Notes: generated by a model from the letters alone, not told the origin. Positions 9,089 to 18,569 are shown, numbered from the stretch's first letter. The stretch: 64,000 bases of DNA from Candidatus Aenigmatarchaeota archaeon (GCA_043802485.1 JAZDKZ010000006.1:199497-263496); one strand, 5' to 3'. Made by a program: numbers and translations.

Positions 9089-11794
9089 ATGGGATTAGGA
9101 CCTGAAGCAAAATTAATACTGAAAATATTGTCCATTGTAATAGTCCTTGCTGTAATCATGTTGGTATTTCTTCCTTTATTCTTCGGTATCAACATAATAG
9201 GCTTGTTAACACAGACTCCTGACAACCTAGGAGACATTTTCCTAGCAAAGGATTTTGATGAAGCAGACATGTATGAGGGATACGAATTGATATATGACGG
9301 CATGGTGCTCCCAAAGGACGGTGGCGAGGACAGCATAAGCAATGAGTTGAGGTCTTACGAGGTTATTTCTGATTGCAGTGGCTGCACATCTTGCGGTACA
9401 AGGGACTTGGAAGGTATGCAGGCAGTAGGTTGTGATAGCTGTAGCGTGTGTAATGAGATAGACGAACCTGGGAGATTCGAAAATTGTTTAGGATGTCAAA
9501 GTGGAAGATGTATGTTCTGTGACGATGAGAACAAGTACGAGCTCTGTAAAGAAATAAAGTCGTGTATATTGGAGTACTATGGCGACAGCAACTATAAGGA
9601 CGTTCACGGCTGCTTCCTGAGACAGATACCGCATAACGACGGCACGTCATTTAACATAGACGTCTTGAAGAGCGTTCTCGACACGTGCGTCGGTGAGCCT
9701 ATAATGATCAACATGGGAAACGACTTTGTGAGAGAACTATGCTACTTTGACCCTAATTTCATAGCTTTCTACGATGTGAGCAGGCCCGAAGACTATTACA
9801 TGAAGCATGAGATGAATGCTATATATGGTGCCGCAAATCCAAGCAGAATTCCATCAATCTACAGAAATATTCTTGAATCTGATGTCATCACACCGTTTTA
9901 TATGGAAGACAACGAGGTACTAGACCGCTATAGAATTTACATTTCCTTTACAGGTACTCCAAACGGTGAATACAAAATATTAGGGGGCTATCTCGGTGCA
10001 AATTATGAGAAAGAATTTACTATGGTCACAACTGATTCGAATGGTCTATGGTACGGAGAACTAGGATTTCCAGAGGAATGGAGAAGTGATGTAGACGATG
10101 ATGAAAGCAAAAACAAATTTAATTTCATATGGGTTAGACAATGGGACAGTTCCAGTGTAGCTACGAATCTGAACGGAGCAGTCTATCTCAACGACCCAGA
10201 ATCAGGTTACATCTGGTCCCATGACCTAAGGTTTTCAAAGTGCAACTTCGAAACCAACCCCGAGCCCTATCTTGACCCTAGACCGTGGTGGGTATACGGC
10301 GACTTGACAGAATCGCCGTTAACTAAAAATCAAGGAAGCCAAGACTCTGCTATAAAGGTCTTCTATGATTCAAATATGCCTGGCGGAGGTAACAGCGACC
10401 TCAGAGGGAACATAAAGCTACAGATAGGAAGGCTGGACACTGACTTTCAAAGGAACTGTATGTTCGACATATACGTCTGCTCCCAAGATGCCCTTGCAGA
10501 GTATGAGGGAGAGAATATACTCAACATAAACGACTTTATGATAAACTTTGATCCATTGTATGTCAACAAGGTAATTGACGCCGGAAGCCATGAGATAATA
10601 CTCTATAATTATTTCGAACTAGAGCTTGACAGGGGCTACACAGCTGATGAGATAAGGTCAGCATTGAAATCCGGTTTTAGGGTTTGGGAGCACACATTTT
10701 TCCCTTACGCAAGCTTCTACGGCTCTACTGCGTGGATAGACCGAGTCAACAACGATGGCATATACCAGGGAACATGGTTGGAAAGGATGCCAGACGTCAG
10801 TTATGATAACGATTGTTGGAGCACTAGCGTTCAGAACCTCATGACGCAAGACTCAAGGTTCATCGTAGGAGGCTGCGAGGGCGACATGTGTACCGGAAAG
10901 TTAAAGATAAGGATAGCTTTCAAGTACGAGGATCCGAAAGACAATTTAGGAATTAGACAATTCCTTTACCCGACTGTCACTTTCTGCAGCTCAGAGGAAG
11001 AGACACCGCCAGAACCTCCGCAGATGTACCCAGGTCTGGTTGGTACTTGTGAAGAAGTTTATGACTACCACATATCCACTCCAGGCAATCCGGATTACTG
11101 CCAATTCAGCTGGGGCAAAGCCTCTTGCAATGCAGTAACAGGCGATTGCTCATGCGCACCAGGGGCAACAAGGCAGACGCTGGGCTCGTTCTTCACATAT
11201 CACAATACCGACTCTCCTCCTGGCAGCTGGCTTGCTCCTTTCTATGAAACAGACTTTAACGGCTATGGCTTTTTGATAGGCTGTGTTGAGACAACCAGCT
11301 CGATCATCGAAAGGCCTACAGGAGTATGCACATTGACTTATGACATAATATCCCAAAACATAAAATCTTGCGACGACCCGCCATCTCCACTATGCCAAGG
11401 CAGCGAAGCTAGTTCCCAATGTTTAGGAAGTCCAAGAGAGGTTTTCCAGAATTACAAGTGGGGCCCTGGAAGCAGTGGCTATAACGATCCAGTCTACGGC
11501 CATACCTACATGACAACTGCAGTTACTGGTTCAAATACAATATTGGGTACGTGCCAAGAGTACTGGAATGTTCCTCAATTCGGGGTTTATTCCTACGGCC
11601 GTCCCCCGACTCCGGTCCAAAAAACAGATTGCCGATGGAATTGGGGGTCGGCAGAATGCGATGAAGACACGCACGAGTGCTCGTGCCCCGAAGGCCCACC
11701 GACAGAAATTGTAAACGGTTACATATGGAATCCTGATGTAACAACCTCTTACCTAAAGCCAGGCTACGGCAGGCTCTACGCGTGCATAGGGTAG
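9089..11794 (+). CDS. Giant secreted Cys-rich protein, family member 5 (CxxC region, family core, duplicated Cys/Trp C-terminal domain)
   Basis: An N-terminal helix is followed by CSGCTSC/CDSCSVC/CLGCQSGRCMFC. Family motifs are CMFDIYVCSQDALA, NDCWSTS and GKLKIRIAFKY...TVTFCSSEE. Two roughly 85-aa C-terminal repeats follow (GTCEEV...CQFSWGKASC...CSCAPG and GTCQEYW...CRWNWGSAEC...CSCPEG). Confidence 0.75.
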   Translation: MGLGPEAKLILKILSIVIVLAVIMLVFLPLFFGINIIGLLTQTPDNLGDIFLAKDFDEADMYEGYELIYDGMVLPKDGGEDSISNELRSYEVISDCSGCTSCGTRDLEGMQAVGCDSCSVCNEIDEPGRFENCLGCQSGRCMFCDDENKYELCKEIKSCILEYYGDSNYKDVHGCFLRQIPHNDGTSFNIDVLKSVLDTCVGEPIMINMGNDFVRELCYFDPNFIAFYDVSRPEDYYMKHEMNAIYGAANPSRIPSIYRNILESDVITPFYMEDNEVLDRYRIYISFTGTPNGEYKILGGYLGANYEKEFTMVTTDSNGLWYGELGFPEEWRSDVDDDESKNKFNFIWVRQWDSSSVATNLNGAVYLNDPESGYIWSHDLRFSKCNFETNPEPYLDPRPWWVYGDLTESPLTKNQGSQDSAIKVFYDSNMPGGGNSDLRGNIKLQIGRLDTDFQRNCMFDIYVCSQDALAEYEGENILNINDFMINFDPLYVNKVIDAGSHEIILYNYFELELDRGYTADEIRSALKSGFRVWEHTFFPYASFYGSTAWIDRVNNDGIYQGTWLERMPDVSYDNDCWSTSVQNLMTQDSRFIVGGCEGDMCTGKLKIRIAFKYEDPKDNLGIRQFLYPTVTFCSSEEETPPEPPQMYPGLVGTCEEVYDYHISTPGNPDYCQFSWGKASCNAVTGDCSCAPGATRQTLGSFFTYHNTDSPPGSWLAPFYETDFNGYGFLIGCVETTSSIIERPTGVCTLTYDIISQNIKSCDDPPSPLCQGSEASSQCLGSPREVFQNYKWGPGSSGYNDPVYGHTYMTTAVTGSNTILGTCQEYWNVPQFGVYSYGRPPTPVQKTDCRWNWGSAECDEDTHECSCPEGPPTEIVNGYIWNPDVTTSYLKPGYGRLYACIG

Positions 11795-11938
11795 ATCATA
11801 CCGGTAGAGTCAGTCTAGGTGTTATGTATTCTCCCATCCATCCTGTTATCAAAGTTTGGATTTCGTCTAAGAAGAGAACAAAAATAACAAGTATCACCAC
11901 TACAATAACTGTTACGTATACCCAAGTTTCCATGCCCT

Positions 11939-12211
11939 TCATGACAAGCACCTGTTATCTACGCAGTCAAAGCTGCCGCAATCGGTATCATCGATACAGC
12001 CGCAGAAGTTCGAGCCTCCGTTTATGCTGAGGCATATGCCGTTGCCCCGTTCGCGGCATTCTGACGTTGTTTTGCACTCGTTGGAAGTCTGTGAAGAAGT
12101 GGCACCAATAGGTGCTGCGCGCGCCTGGTTAGAAAATAGGAAGCCAGAAAAAACAGACATCACTAACAAGAGGACAAACACCATCATCATCAAAATAAAG
12201 ACCAAGTCCAT
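11939..12211 (-). CDS. Small secreted Cys-rich (8 Cys) protein; the only minus-strand gene in the island
   Basis: A signal-like N-terminus (MDLVFILMMMVFVLLLVMSVFSGFLF) is followed by CKTTSECRERGNGICLSINGGSNFCGCIDDTDCGSFDCVDNRC. The overlapping plus-strand ORFs are low-complexity. Confidence 0.55.
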   Translation of the reverse strand: MDLVFILMMMVFVLLLVMSVFSGFLFSNQARAAPIGATSSQTSNECKTTSECRERGNGICLSINGGSNFCGCIDDTDCGSFDCVDNRCLS

Positions 12212-12274
12212 AATCTCTATTGTTTTTTTCCAATATATAAAACTTTAATAGCAAGCTTCGCTCTAAATAATTAC

Positions 12275-12592
12275 ATGGGTAAGGGTGCCAGTTTTGTAAT
12301 GAATATAATTATAATCGTGTTTATTGTGGTAATCATGGCACTTATCTACTTTCAGATTGTCAACCCGACGGTAAAGGCCCAAGAACAAGTGGTTTCAGAT
12401 ATGGATATAATGTGGTACTGCCCTGATTGGCAAAAGAACGGATGCTCGATTGTTAGCGCCGAAAATATCAAGATAAAAGATACTGACGACGGCTATCTCT
12501 CTGATCTCTGCGCAGAAAGATACGGTACTGCTTGGAGCAAAGATGTCTATGAGCAGTGCAAGGAGTTATGCAAAGGATGCACGAGTGAATAG
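12275..12592 (+). CDS. Pilin-like protein (small-pilin paralog A)
   Basis: MGKGASFVMNIIIIVFIVVIMALIYF has a KG followed by a hydrophobic helix. It has 4+ Cys and the tail DLCAERYG...CKELCKGC, shared with the ORFs at 18570, 18945 and 19890. Confidence 0.6.
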   Translation: MGKGASFVMNIIIIVFIVVIMALIYFQIVNPTVKAQEQVVSDMDIMWYCPDWQKNGCSIVSAENIKIKDTDDGYLSDLCAERYGTAWSKDVYEQCKELCKGCTSE

Positions 12593-12595
12593 GTT

Positions 12596-12910
12596 ATGAT
12601 TATGAAAGGTGTTTCGTTAGCAGTAACAGCTGTCATACTGATGGTATTAGCAGCAGTAGTCCTTTTAGCATACATATACTTTATATCAGGCAGCAAAGGT
12701 CAGATAGACATACTGCAATACCAGTCAGCACTGAGAAGCTGTTGCGGTGACAGGACAAAATACAAATGCGATGGAATTACCATAAACTGCAAGGTTCCGT
12801 GGAGCGATGAGCCTATGTCTATTGATAAACTTGCTGAGAAAGCCGGTATAACATGGGATTCTACTGAATTTGACAGTTTTTGTTTCTGTCCAGAACCAGC
12901 AGGTGCTTGA
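12596..12910 (+). CDS. Pilin-like protein (small-pilin paralog B)
   Basis: (MI)MKGVSLAVTAVILMVLAAVVLLAYIY. An alternative ATG at 12602 gives an MKG start. The C-terminal half is Cys-rich, and the gene sits 3 nt after the upstream stop. Confidence 0.6.
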   Translation: MIMKGVSLAVTAVILMVLAAVVLLAYIYFISGSKGQIDILQYQSALRSCCGDRTKYKCDGITINCKVPWSDEPMSIDKLAEKAGITWDSTEFDSFCFCPEPAGA

Positions 12911-15900
12911 ATGGTAGCAATTACACAGGCAATAGAAACTGCAATAGCAGTTATAATATTCGTATTCCTAGTAATGCTTTTCTTCATGATATTCGGCAAT
13001 TCTGAATGCGAAGGCATGTCTGACTCGACGGCAGCGCAGCTAGCTGACGCCGTAAACAAGGTCGTGCTGGAAGACGGCATCCAACCGTGGACAGGAGGAG
13101 GCGTTCCAGGCGACGATGACACTGACTACTACGAACCTGTTGCCATAAGGCTCTGCGAGGTAAACTCTATGAACGGGTTTGCAGCTCAGTTCATGGCGCA
13201 GCAGCCTACATACATGATTGTTTTTGAATCCTTTCCCGAAGGCACTGTTTCTTGGCACGAGACTCAACCCTGGAGCGGGGGCGCTGTCCAAGCAGTATTA
13301 GAGTATTCACAGATGAGATGGGGGCTTAAAGCATTGACTTTTGGCGGAAAGCTTACTGCGATATTGGTGAGAAGGGGTGGAGGGTTTGTCAAAAACGTTA
13401 TAACAAAATACTCGTGGGCGCTTTTAGGCAGAAAACTCACCAGAGCTTTGGACTATGTTAGGAACAGTCGGATTGTCAAATGGTTCATGGTCAAGTTGGG
13501 CAGATCAAACACCCAGACAACTATCGCCGATACAGCAGACGACTTCCTCAACCCGAGATATATGACTAACAATAATTTGGGGTTGACCAGCGAATACAAC
13601 AAATTCTTGTTGGTGTCTAAAAAAGGCAGAGACCATGCTCTGGTAGCTATGGGAGCAATAGAAGGAGTATTCGACTACAGTGCAAATGCTTTTGTCCCAA
13701 TACCAAACAAAGCAGGAAAGTATATTGTCAATGAAGGCTTCAGAGACTTTATGATTAATTTTGTAGACAATATGGGTGAAGACGGCAAGGTTCTGGGTGA
13801 TATGCTCCAGATACCATCAAGATTCCCAAAACTCGCTGAAAGACTAAGCAGTATCAAAGATCGTTTATGGCGCCCGCTCAAAGGAGCTGTAACAGACTGG
13901 TGGCACGATAGCAGCCTGAAAAGATACGTCTATGACGCACCGAGAGAACTCTACAGAAAGATAAGGGGAAAAACAGACGATGCAAAGAATGCGTTCAACA
14001 AAATATTCAACTATGGGAACGGCATGACCGATCCTAGGATAATATCCAAACAGGCAGGAGCTGCCAAAGAATACGCGATGAGGAACAGCGACAAGCTCAT
14101 GAAGGAGGTAGTCGACAATTTTGACGACCCGAAGATAGCAGACTTTGTAAATGATCTGCAAAAGGTTACAGGAAAGGTCTACGAGAGCGGTGCCGACATA
14201 ACTCAGACTGACATAATTTCGTACATAAACAAGTACAACAGATGGGAAAACATGCAGGACTTTGTAGAGTTCCTACCAAGGGAGCAGCTGGACCTGAGGA
14301 GTAATGCATACAAATGGATGGGGGGGGATATAAAGGACAGCGCTGAAAAATTGAAGAAAGGAGATATTTCATACGAGACTTTCATTGAAAGGTTTAAACC
14401 TTGGGACGATTTGGAGGGAAGACAAAGTGATTTGGTAAATGATTTCTCTAAAGGCTATACAAGGAATGGCCAAAAATTCACTATTGAAGTCGAACACGCT
14501 AAAGACGCATACGAGTACGCCAGATTAAGGGCAGCAGCAGAAGGGATATTTGACGCTGCAAATAGTGGTAGAACGAACTGGCTCGCAAACCAGGCTGACG
14601 AAATAGAAACCGCTCTAATAAGAGAGCAGTACAGACTGGACAAGTATGTTACAGACGATGTGAAAATAATAGACTATATAATGAAAAACTCCATATCAGA
14701 TTCTTCCCTGGATAAATTCCCCTTAGTGACAAATACCCTCAGTTATGGATGGCAGAGATTAAAGAGGGGAGTGTATCTGGACCTTAACAGGATAGGCGGG
14801 ATAGAGGGAGCCCCGTCATTAGCACCTTATAATTTAGTCCCAGGAGCCTACACGGCTGAGAGGGTGGTTGAAAAGGAGACTGAGATAAAAGAAGGCGGGT
14901 GCGCCAGCAATTCGATATGCAGGATAGTGAAAGGCCGTGCAGAGGGCCCGACAGAAACTGCCAGAGCATACTTACTTGATAGGAAGGTTCCAGAAGGTAT
15001 AGAAGTAAAGCTTTGGAGGGAAAACCCAGACATTGGTGTTGTCGGATCAGACAGAACTGTCGCAGGCGTTAACACGATATTAATGAGCATATTTCCGCCT
15101 CAGGAGAATCCTAATTTCTATGTGGTAAGCCCGTGCTTTGCAATTGCCAAGGTCTGGAAAGAAGGAAGCGAAGGGCCTGTTTACGTAGAGATAGACAAGA
15201 GCAAGAAATGTGATGTCAGCGGTTGCAATCAGCTAACCACCGACAACGTCGACACACCAAACTATTGCTATGCTAGCGAGGAGTTTGTATGGGGGGAGAG
15301 TGACGAACCCAACCAGTGGAGCTATGTGGCCGCTTATTTTGGATGCGTATTCGCTTGCGAAGGCGGTACAATAGGTCTAGGAACGCCCGAGTGCATAAAG
15401 ACTTGTAAATATAGCACTATAGGAGCATTGCTATTGCAAGCAACGGCTGCAACGCAGGAATATAGAAGCCCGAGCTGGGAAAGACAAGACACAGGCTGGG
15501 GCTATTGGAACTATCAAAAGGCAGAAGACGTATGCGACCTGATAGACATGGTATCCAGCATAGGCGGTGGAAAAAGTTTTACTAATGCTAAAGGCCTTGA
15601 CAAGCTAAAAGCAGCAAAGGGGCTGGGAGAAAAGTGGGATATTTTCAAACAACTGGGCAAGGGCGACGTGGCAAAATTCGTCGGAGGGCAGTTCTTCAAC
15701 CTTAACGACGTGTGCTACAGCCTGCTGCTTATGGGAGACACATCTTTGTCATGGCCTGTAAAGACACCGGCAGCCGAAGTTTGGAGAAAGGGAGCCATTC
15801 TAGGACAGGACTGCATGCAGCAGTCGGCAGGCAGTTGTGTATGGCTGAGAAAGTGCACCAACGCAGCAAATGATTGCCCAATAGGTTGGTATTGCGACAT

Positions 15901-15931
15901 GGATGCGAACATTTGCAGAAAGGGTGATTAG
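12911..15931 (+). CDS. 1006-aa membrane-anchored protein of unknown function with a six-Cys C-terminal module
   Basis: The ATG directly abuts the upstream TGA. N-terminus MVAITQAIETAIAVIIFVFLVMLFF, then a long charged helical middle. The C-terminus is C-x7-C-x5-C-x6-C-x5-C-x6-C (CMQQSAGSCVWLRKCTNAANDCPIGWYCDMDANIC). I recognised no family. Confidence 0.7.
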   Translation: MVAITQAIETAIAVIIFVFLVMLFFMIFGNSECEGMSDSTAAQLADAVNKVVLEDGIQPWTGGGVPGDDDTDYYEPVAIRLCEVNSMNGFAAQFMAQQPTYMIVFESFPEGTVSWHETQPWSGGAVQAVLEYSQMRWGLKALTFGGKLTAILVRRGGGFVKNVITKYSWALLGRKLTRALDYVRNSRIVKWFMVKLGRSNTQTTIADTADDFLNPRYMTNNNLGLTSEYNKFLLVSKKGRDHALVAMGAIEGVFDYSANAFVPIPNKAGKYIVNEGFRDFMINFVDNMGEDGKVLGDMLQIPSRFPKLAERLSSIKDRLWRPLKGAVTDWWHDSSLKRYVYDAPRELYRKIRGKTDDAKNAFNKIFNYGNGMTDPRIISKQAGAAKEYAMRNSDKLMKEVVDNFDDPKIADFVNDLQKVTGKVYESGADITQTDIISYINKYNRWENMQDFVEFLPREQLDLRSNAYKWMGGDIKDSAEKLKKGDISYETFIERFKPWDDLEGRQSDLVNDFSKGYTRNGQKFTIEVEHAKDAYEYARLRAAAEGIFDAANSGRTNWLANQADEIETALIREQYRLDKYVTDDVKIIDYIMKNSISDSSLDKFPLVTNTLSYGWQRLKRGVYLDLNRIGGIEGAPSLAPYNLVPGAYTAERVVEKETEIKEGGCASNSICRIVKGRAEGPTETARAYLLDRKVPEGIEVKLWRENPDIGVVGSDRTVAGVNTILMSIFPPQENPNFYVVSPCFAIAKVWKEGSEGPVYVEIDKSKKCDVSGCNQLTTDNVDTPNYCYASEEFVWGESDEPNQWSYVAAYFGCVFACEGGTIGLGTPECIKTCKYSTIGALLLQATAATQEYRSPSWERQDTGWGYWNYQKAEDVCDLIDMVSSIGGGKSFTNAKGLDKLKAAKGLGEKWDIFKQLGKGDVAKFVGGQFFNLNDVCYSLLLMGDTSLSWPVKTPAAEVWRKGAILGQDCMQQSAGSCVWLRKCTNAANDCPIGWYCDMDANICRKGD

Positions 15932-16651
15932 ATGAAGAGTATAACAGAGCATTTCTTGCTGTTCATAGTGGGCATATTCGTCATTGTTATAGTCATGACA
16001 ACAATATTCGGAAAAGGAATAGCCTACAATTATCTAAGCTACCTGTCGACCATCGAGCCGAGAGGCCTCCAAGAGAACATAAGAAACGTGCTGACTGTAG
16101 CATCCTATTCGCCAGGAGAGTTTGAGGCAAGGATTCCGATAAACGTCAAGCACAGCATAACCATAACAGACAACCCGAAGACCATTGTCATTCTACCCGA
16201 ATCGGAAAGCCAGCTGGCGCAGACAAATCCGCAGCCTTTCATGTCACAGTGCGACATGGTCAAGAGGTGCACAAAGGTCTGCAAGATGATAGGCGACAAA
16301 TGCGCTGGGCGTGAGGATTGCTGCGGCCTGCTCAGCTGCAATACAAGAGGCCGCTGCGAGAGCACCTTTGGCATGTGCGGCAACCAGATTCTTGAAGATG
16401 GAGAAGAGTGCGAGCCTGCAGACCCGGAAGGAGAACCACCCTTTGATGGTATTGATAATAATTGTGAAAGCCAGTGCAGCGAGGACTGTAGTTGTCCTGA
16501 TGAGTTAAAAACCACCCAGCCATGCACAAACAGTAACCAATGCTTCCATCAGATGGAATGCCTCACCTTCGTAAAGTTCTACGACGTGGGAGAGGTAATG
16601 ATTATAAGAAAGTATTTTGAGGGAGACCAATGCAAGATAACCATCGAATGA
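15932..16651 (+). CDS. Membrane-anchored protein with a knottin-spaced Cys module and a CGN...GEEC repeat
   Basis: The ATG abuts the upstream TAG. N-terminus MKSITEHFLLFIVGIFVIVIVMTTIF. CKMIGDKCAGREDCCGLLSCNTRGRC has C6C5CC4C5C spacing, and CGNQILEDGEECEPAD resembles the myxococcal Cys-rich repeat. Confidence 0.65.
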   Translation: MKSITEHFLLFIVGIFVIVIVMTTIFGKGIAYNYLSYLSTIEPRGLQENIRNVLTVASYSPGEFEARIPINVKHSITITDNPKTIVILPESESQLAQTNPQPFMSQCDMVKRCTKVCKMIGDKCAGREDCCGLLSCNTRGRCESTFGMCGNQILEDGEECEPADPEGEPPFDGIDNNCESQCSEDCSCPDELKTTQPCTNSNQCFHQMECLTFVKFYDVGEVMIIRKYFEGDQCKITIE

Positions 16652-17121
16652 AGGGGGCCTTCGCCCTTAGCGAGACTTTCATAAAAATACTGTCAACAGG
16701 AGTGTTGGCGATAATACTCCTGGCCATTTTTCTGTCGATAAACAATTATCACCTTATCTACGCGGAGAATGCAATCGACAGGGAGGCCCTTATTGTCGGC
16801 AACACTGTGCTGTCCAGCTGCATAGCGGAAGGCTACGACGAAGGAAAGCCTATAAAGGCCCTTTTGTCAGAGGAGAAGATAGTATACAAATATGATTCTG
16901 TAAGCGAATCAAACATAGACTGCTTGGAATATGAAAAGGGAATATACATAGAGATTTATGACGAGGATTCATTGTTGTACGGATTTGGAGACAGGCATGT
17001 GTGTAAAAGCCCGTCAAATACCATTTGTGAGGTGGACAGGGGCATGATGGTATTTCCCGCTGCGCTGAAAGGAGCAGCAATCGTGATACCTGTAACTGTG
17101 AACGTATATGTTGGTGATTAG
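16648..17121 (+). CDS. Pilin-like protein (minor-pilin candidate)
   Basis: The ATG at 16648 overlaps the upstream stop (ATGA). N-terminus MKGAFALSETFIKILSTGVLAIILLAIFL. Confidence 0.6.
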   Translation: MKGAFALSETFIKILSTGVLAIILLAIFLSINNYHLIYAENAIDREALIVGNTVLSSCIAEGYDEGKPIKALLSEEKIVYKYDSVSESNIDCLEYEKGIYIEIYDEDSLLYGFGDRHVCKSPSNTICEVDRGMMVFPAALKGAAIVIPVTVNVYVGD

Positions 17122-17682
17122 ATGAAAGGAATAGAGCTTTTGGCATCAATACTGGCGTTAATGATAATGATAGGTGTGGGTTCGCTTTTCGGAGGCATAA
17201 TAATATCAGTCATAAACCTCTCCGAACAGCCCAGTCTCGGTCCTATACACTATGAGATGTTCATGTTTCCCGCATACCCGCCGGTAAAGTACGAGACCAT
17301 GCTGCTCTCGTATCTGGAGACCACGGAGCCCTCTTCAGGCTTGCAGATAAAAAAGATACTGACCTACGCGGCCTATCAGAGGACCATTGACAGCATCTAC
17401 ATAGAAGGAGAGACCATAAGCAGAAGCGAGCTGGAGCAGGCGACCAGAGATGTTTTCGAGAAGTGGCTACCTGGAGGAGCGTACCTTATAGAGCTGAAGA
17501 TAGGAAAAGAGAACCATGTCATAGCGAAGAACTCTGACGTCCTGGGAAAGCTGTCAAAAGAAGTGTTGAGAATAAGGAAAATATCTGTGCCGCTGTTCAT
17601 TGATGAAGAGACTTACATTGCCAACTACCCCAAAAACAGCGAGCTGCCAATGAATATCATTCTTGATTTTTATGTCCAATAG
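17122..17682 (+). CDS. Pilin-like protein (minor-pilin candidate)
   Basis: The ATG abuts the upstream TAG. N-terminus MKGIELLASILALMIMIGVGSLF. Confidence 0.6.
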   Translation: MKGIELLASILALMIMIGVGSLFGGIIISVINLSEQPSLGPIHYEMFMFPAYPPVKYETMLLSYLETTEPSSGLQIKKILTYAAYQRTIDSIYIEGETISRSELEQATRDVFEKWLPGGAYLIELKIGKENHVIAKNSDVLGKLSKEVLRIRKISVPLFIDEETYIANYPKNSELPMNIILDFYVQ

Positions 17683-18520
17683 AAAAGGCATGACCATACC
17701 TGTGCTGGGAACCGTTTTGATAGTGATAGCTGTAGTCATCACTTCATTCGGAGGTGTCTTTAGCCAGCAGTTCGCGGTAGAGAAGCTACAGAGTGGAGGG
17801 CTGACAATGTCGTTGCAAAACCACGAAGAGTTCTGGATAAAGGCCTTTGATCAGAGCGTGGAAATAATAGCCAAGAGGTCTGCCTTCGAGTTAGCAAGAA
17901 CTGGAGGCTTCCAAAGCTCAGAACCTGCAACATGGTACAAAGACTATCCAACCATGGAAATACTCGAAAGCGAGCTGGAGAAGAAAATAAACAGGAATCT
18001 GCCGGTAGGCAATATAAACGCCAAGAGGAGCATAGAGTTCTACAACAGCATAATAGACGTCAGCGGCTATGACACGGACTGCCTTGTAAACTCAAAATCA
18101 GAATGCTTTATCGTTGACGGAGAAAAGTACTTTGCCATAAGTGACAAGTCAATAGAAGCAAAGATGTCACTTGACCCGCACACTTTCAGTTACAAGATAG
18201 GCTCCAACTACTTTAGGCTCATGAAAGCTGGAAGGATAATAATGGACGAGTACAACACCGAATTTGACAACGTGGCAGGCCTGCTGAACACGCTGAGAGC
18301 TGATTCAAGGTTTGACGGTCTACATCTGGAAACAGCCTTGGTGGACGGCCTGATAGAGTTCAGGATATCTGATAGGGAATGCGTAAGTAGCGGCAAGTAC
18401 TTTTGCCTTGCCCCGACAAAACATGACGAATATGGAGCAGTACTCGGAGGCACTAGAGTTCCTTATGACTTTCTGATACTCAAGTTCAGGGTGGACAAAG
18501 AAAACCTGTACCACGACTAG
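17672..18520 (+). CDS. Pilin-like protein (minor-pilin candidate)
   Basis: The ATG at 17672 overlaps the upstream gene by 11 nt. N-terminus MSNRKGMTIPVLGTVLIVIAVVITSF (RKG plus a hydrophobic helix). Confidence 0.6.
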   Translation: MSNRKGMTIPVLGTVLIVIAVVITSFGGVFSQQFAVEKLQSGGLTMSLQNHEEFWIKAFDQSVEIIAKRSAFELARTGGFQSSEPATWYKDYPTMEILESELEKKINRNLPVGNINAKRSIEFYNSIIDVSGYDTDCLVNSKSECFIVDGEKYFAISDKSIEAKMSLDPHTFSYKIGSNYFRLMKAGRIIMDEYNTEFDNVAGLLNTLRADSRFDGLHLETALVDGLIEFRISDRECVSSGKYFCLAPTKHDEYGAVLGGTRVPYDFLILKFRVDKENLYHD

Positions 18521-18569
18521 TCCTTCTAAATCTAAAAAGTTTATATGAGAGATACATCATAATTCTATC

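Noticed and set aside
12700-13122. Antisense ORFs inside island genes (12700..13122, 16105..16527, 18836..19276 and others).
   Set aside because: They overlap longer, motif-bearing, co-oriented genes and show no signal peptides, motifs or SD sequences.
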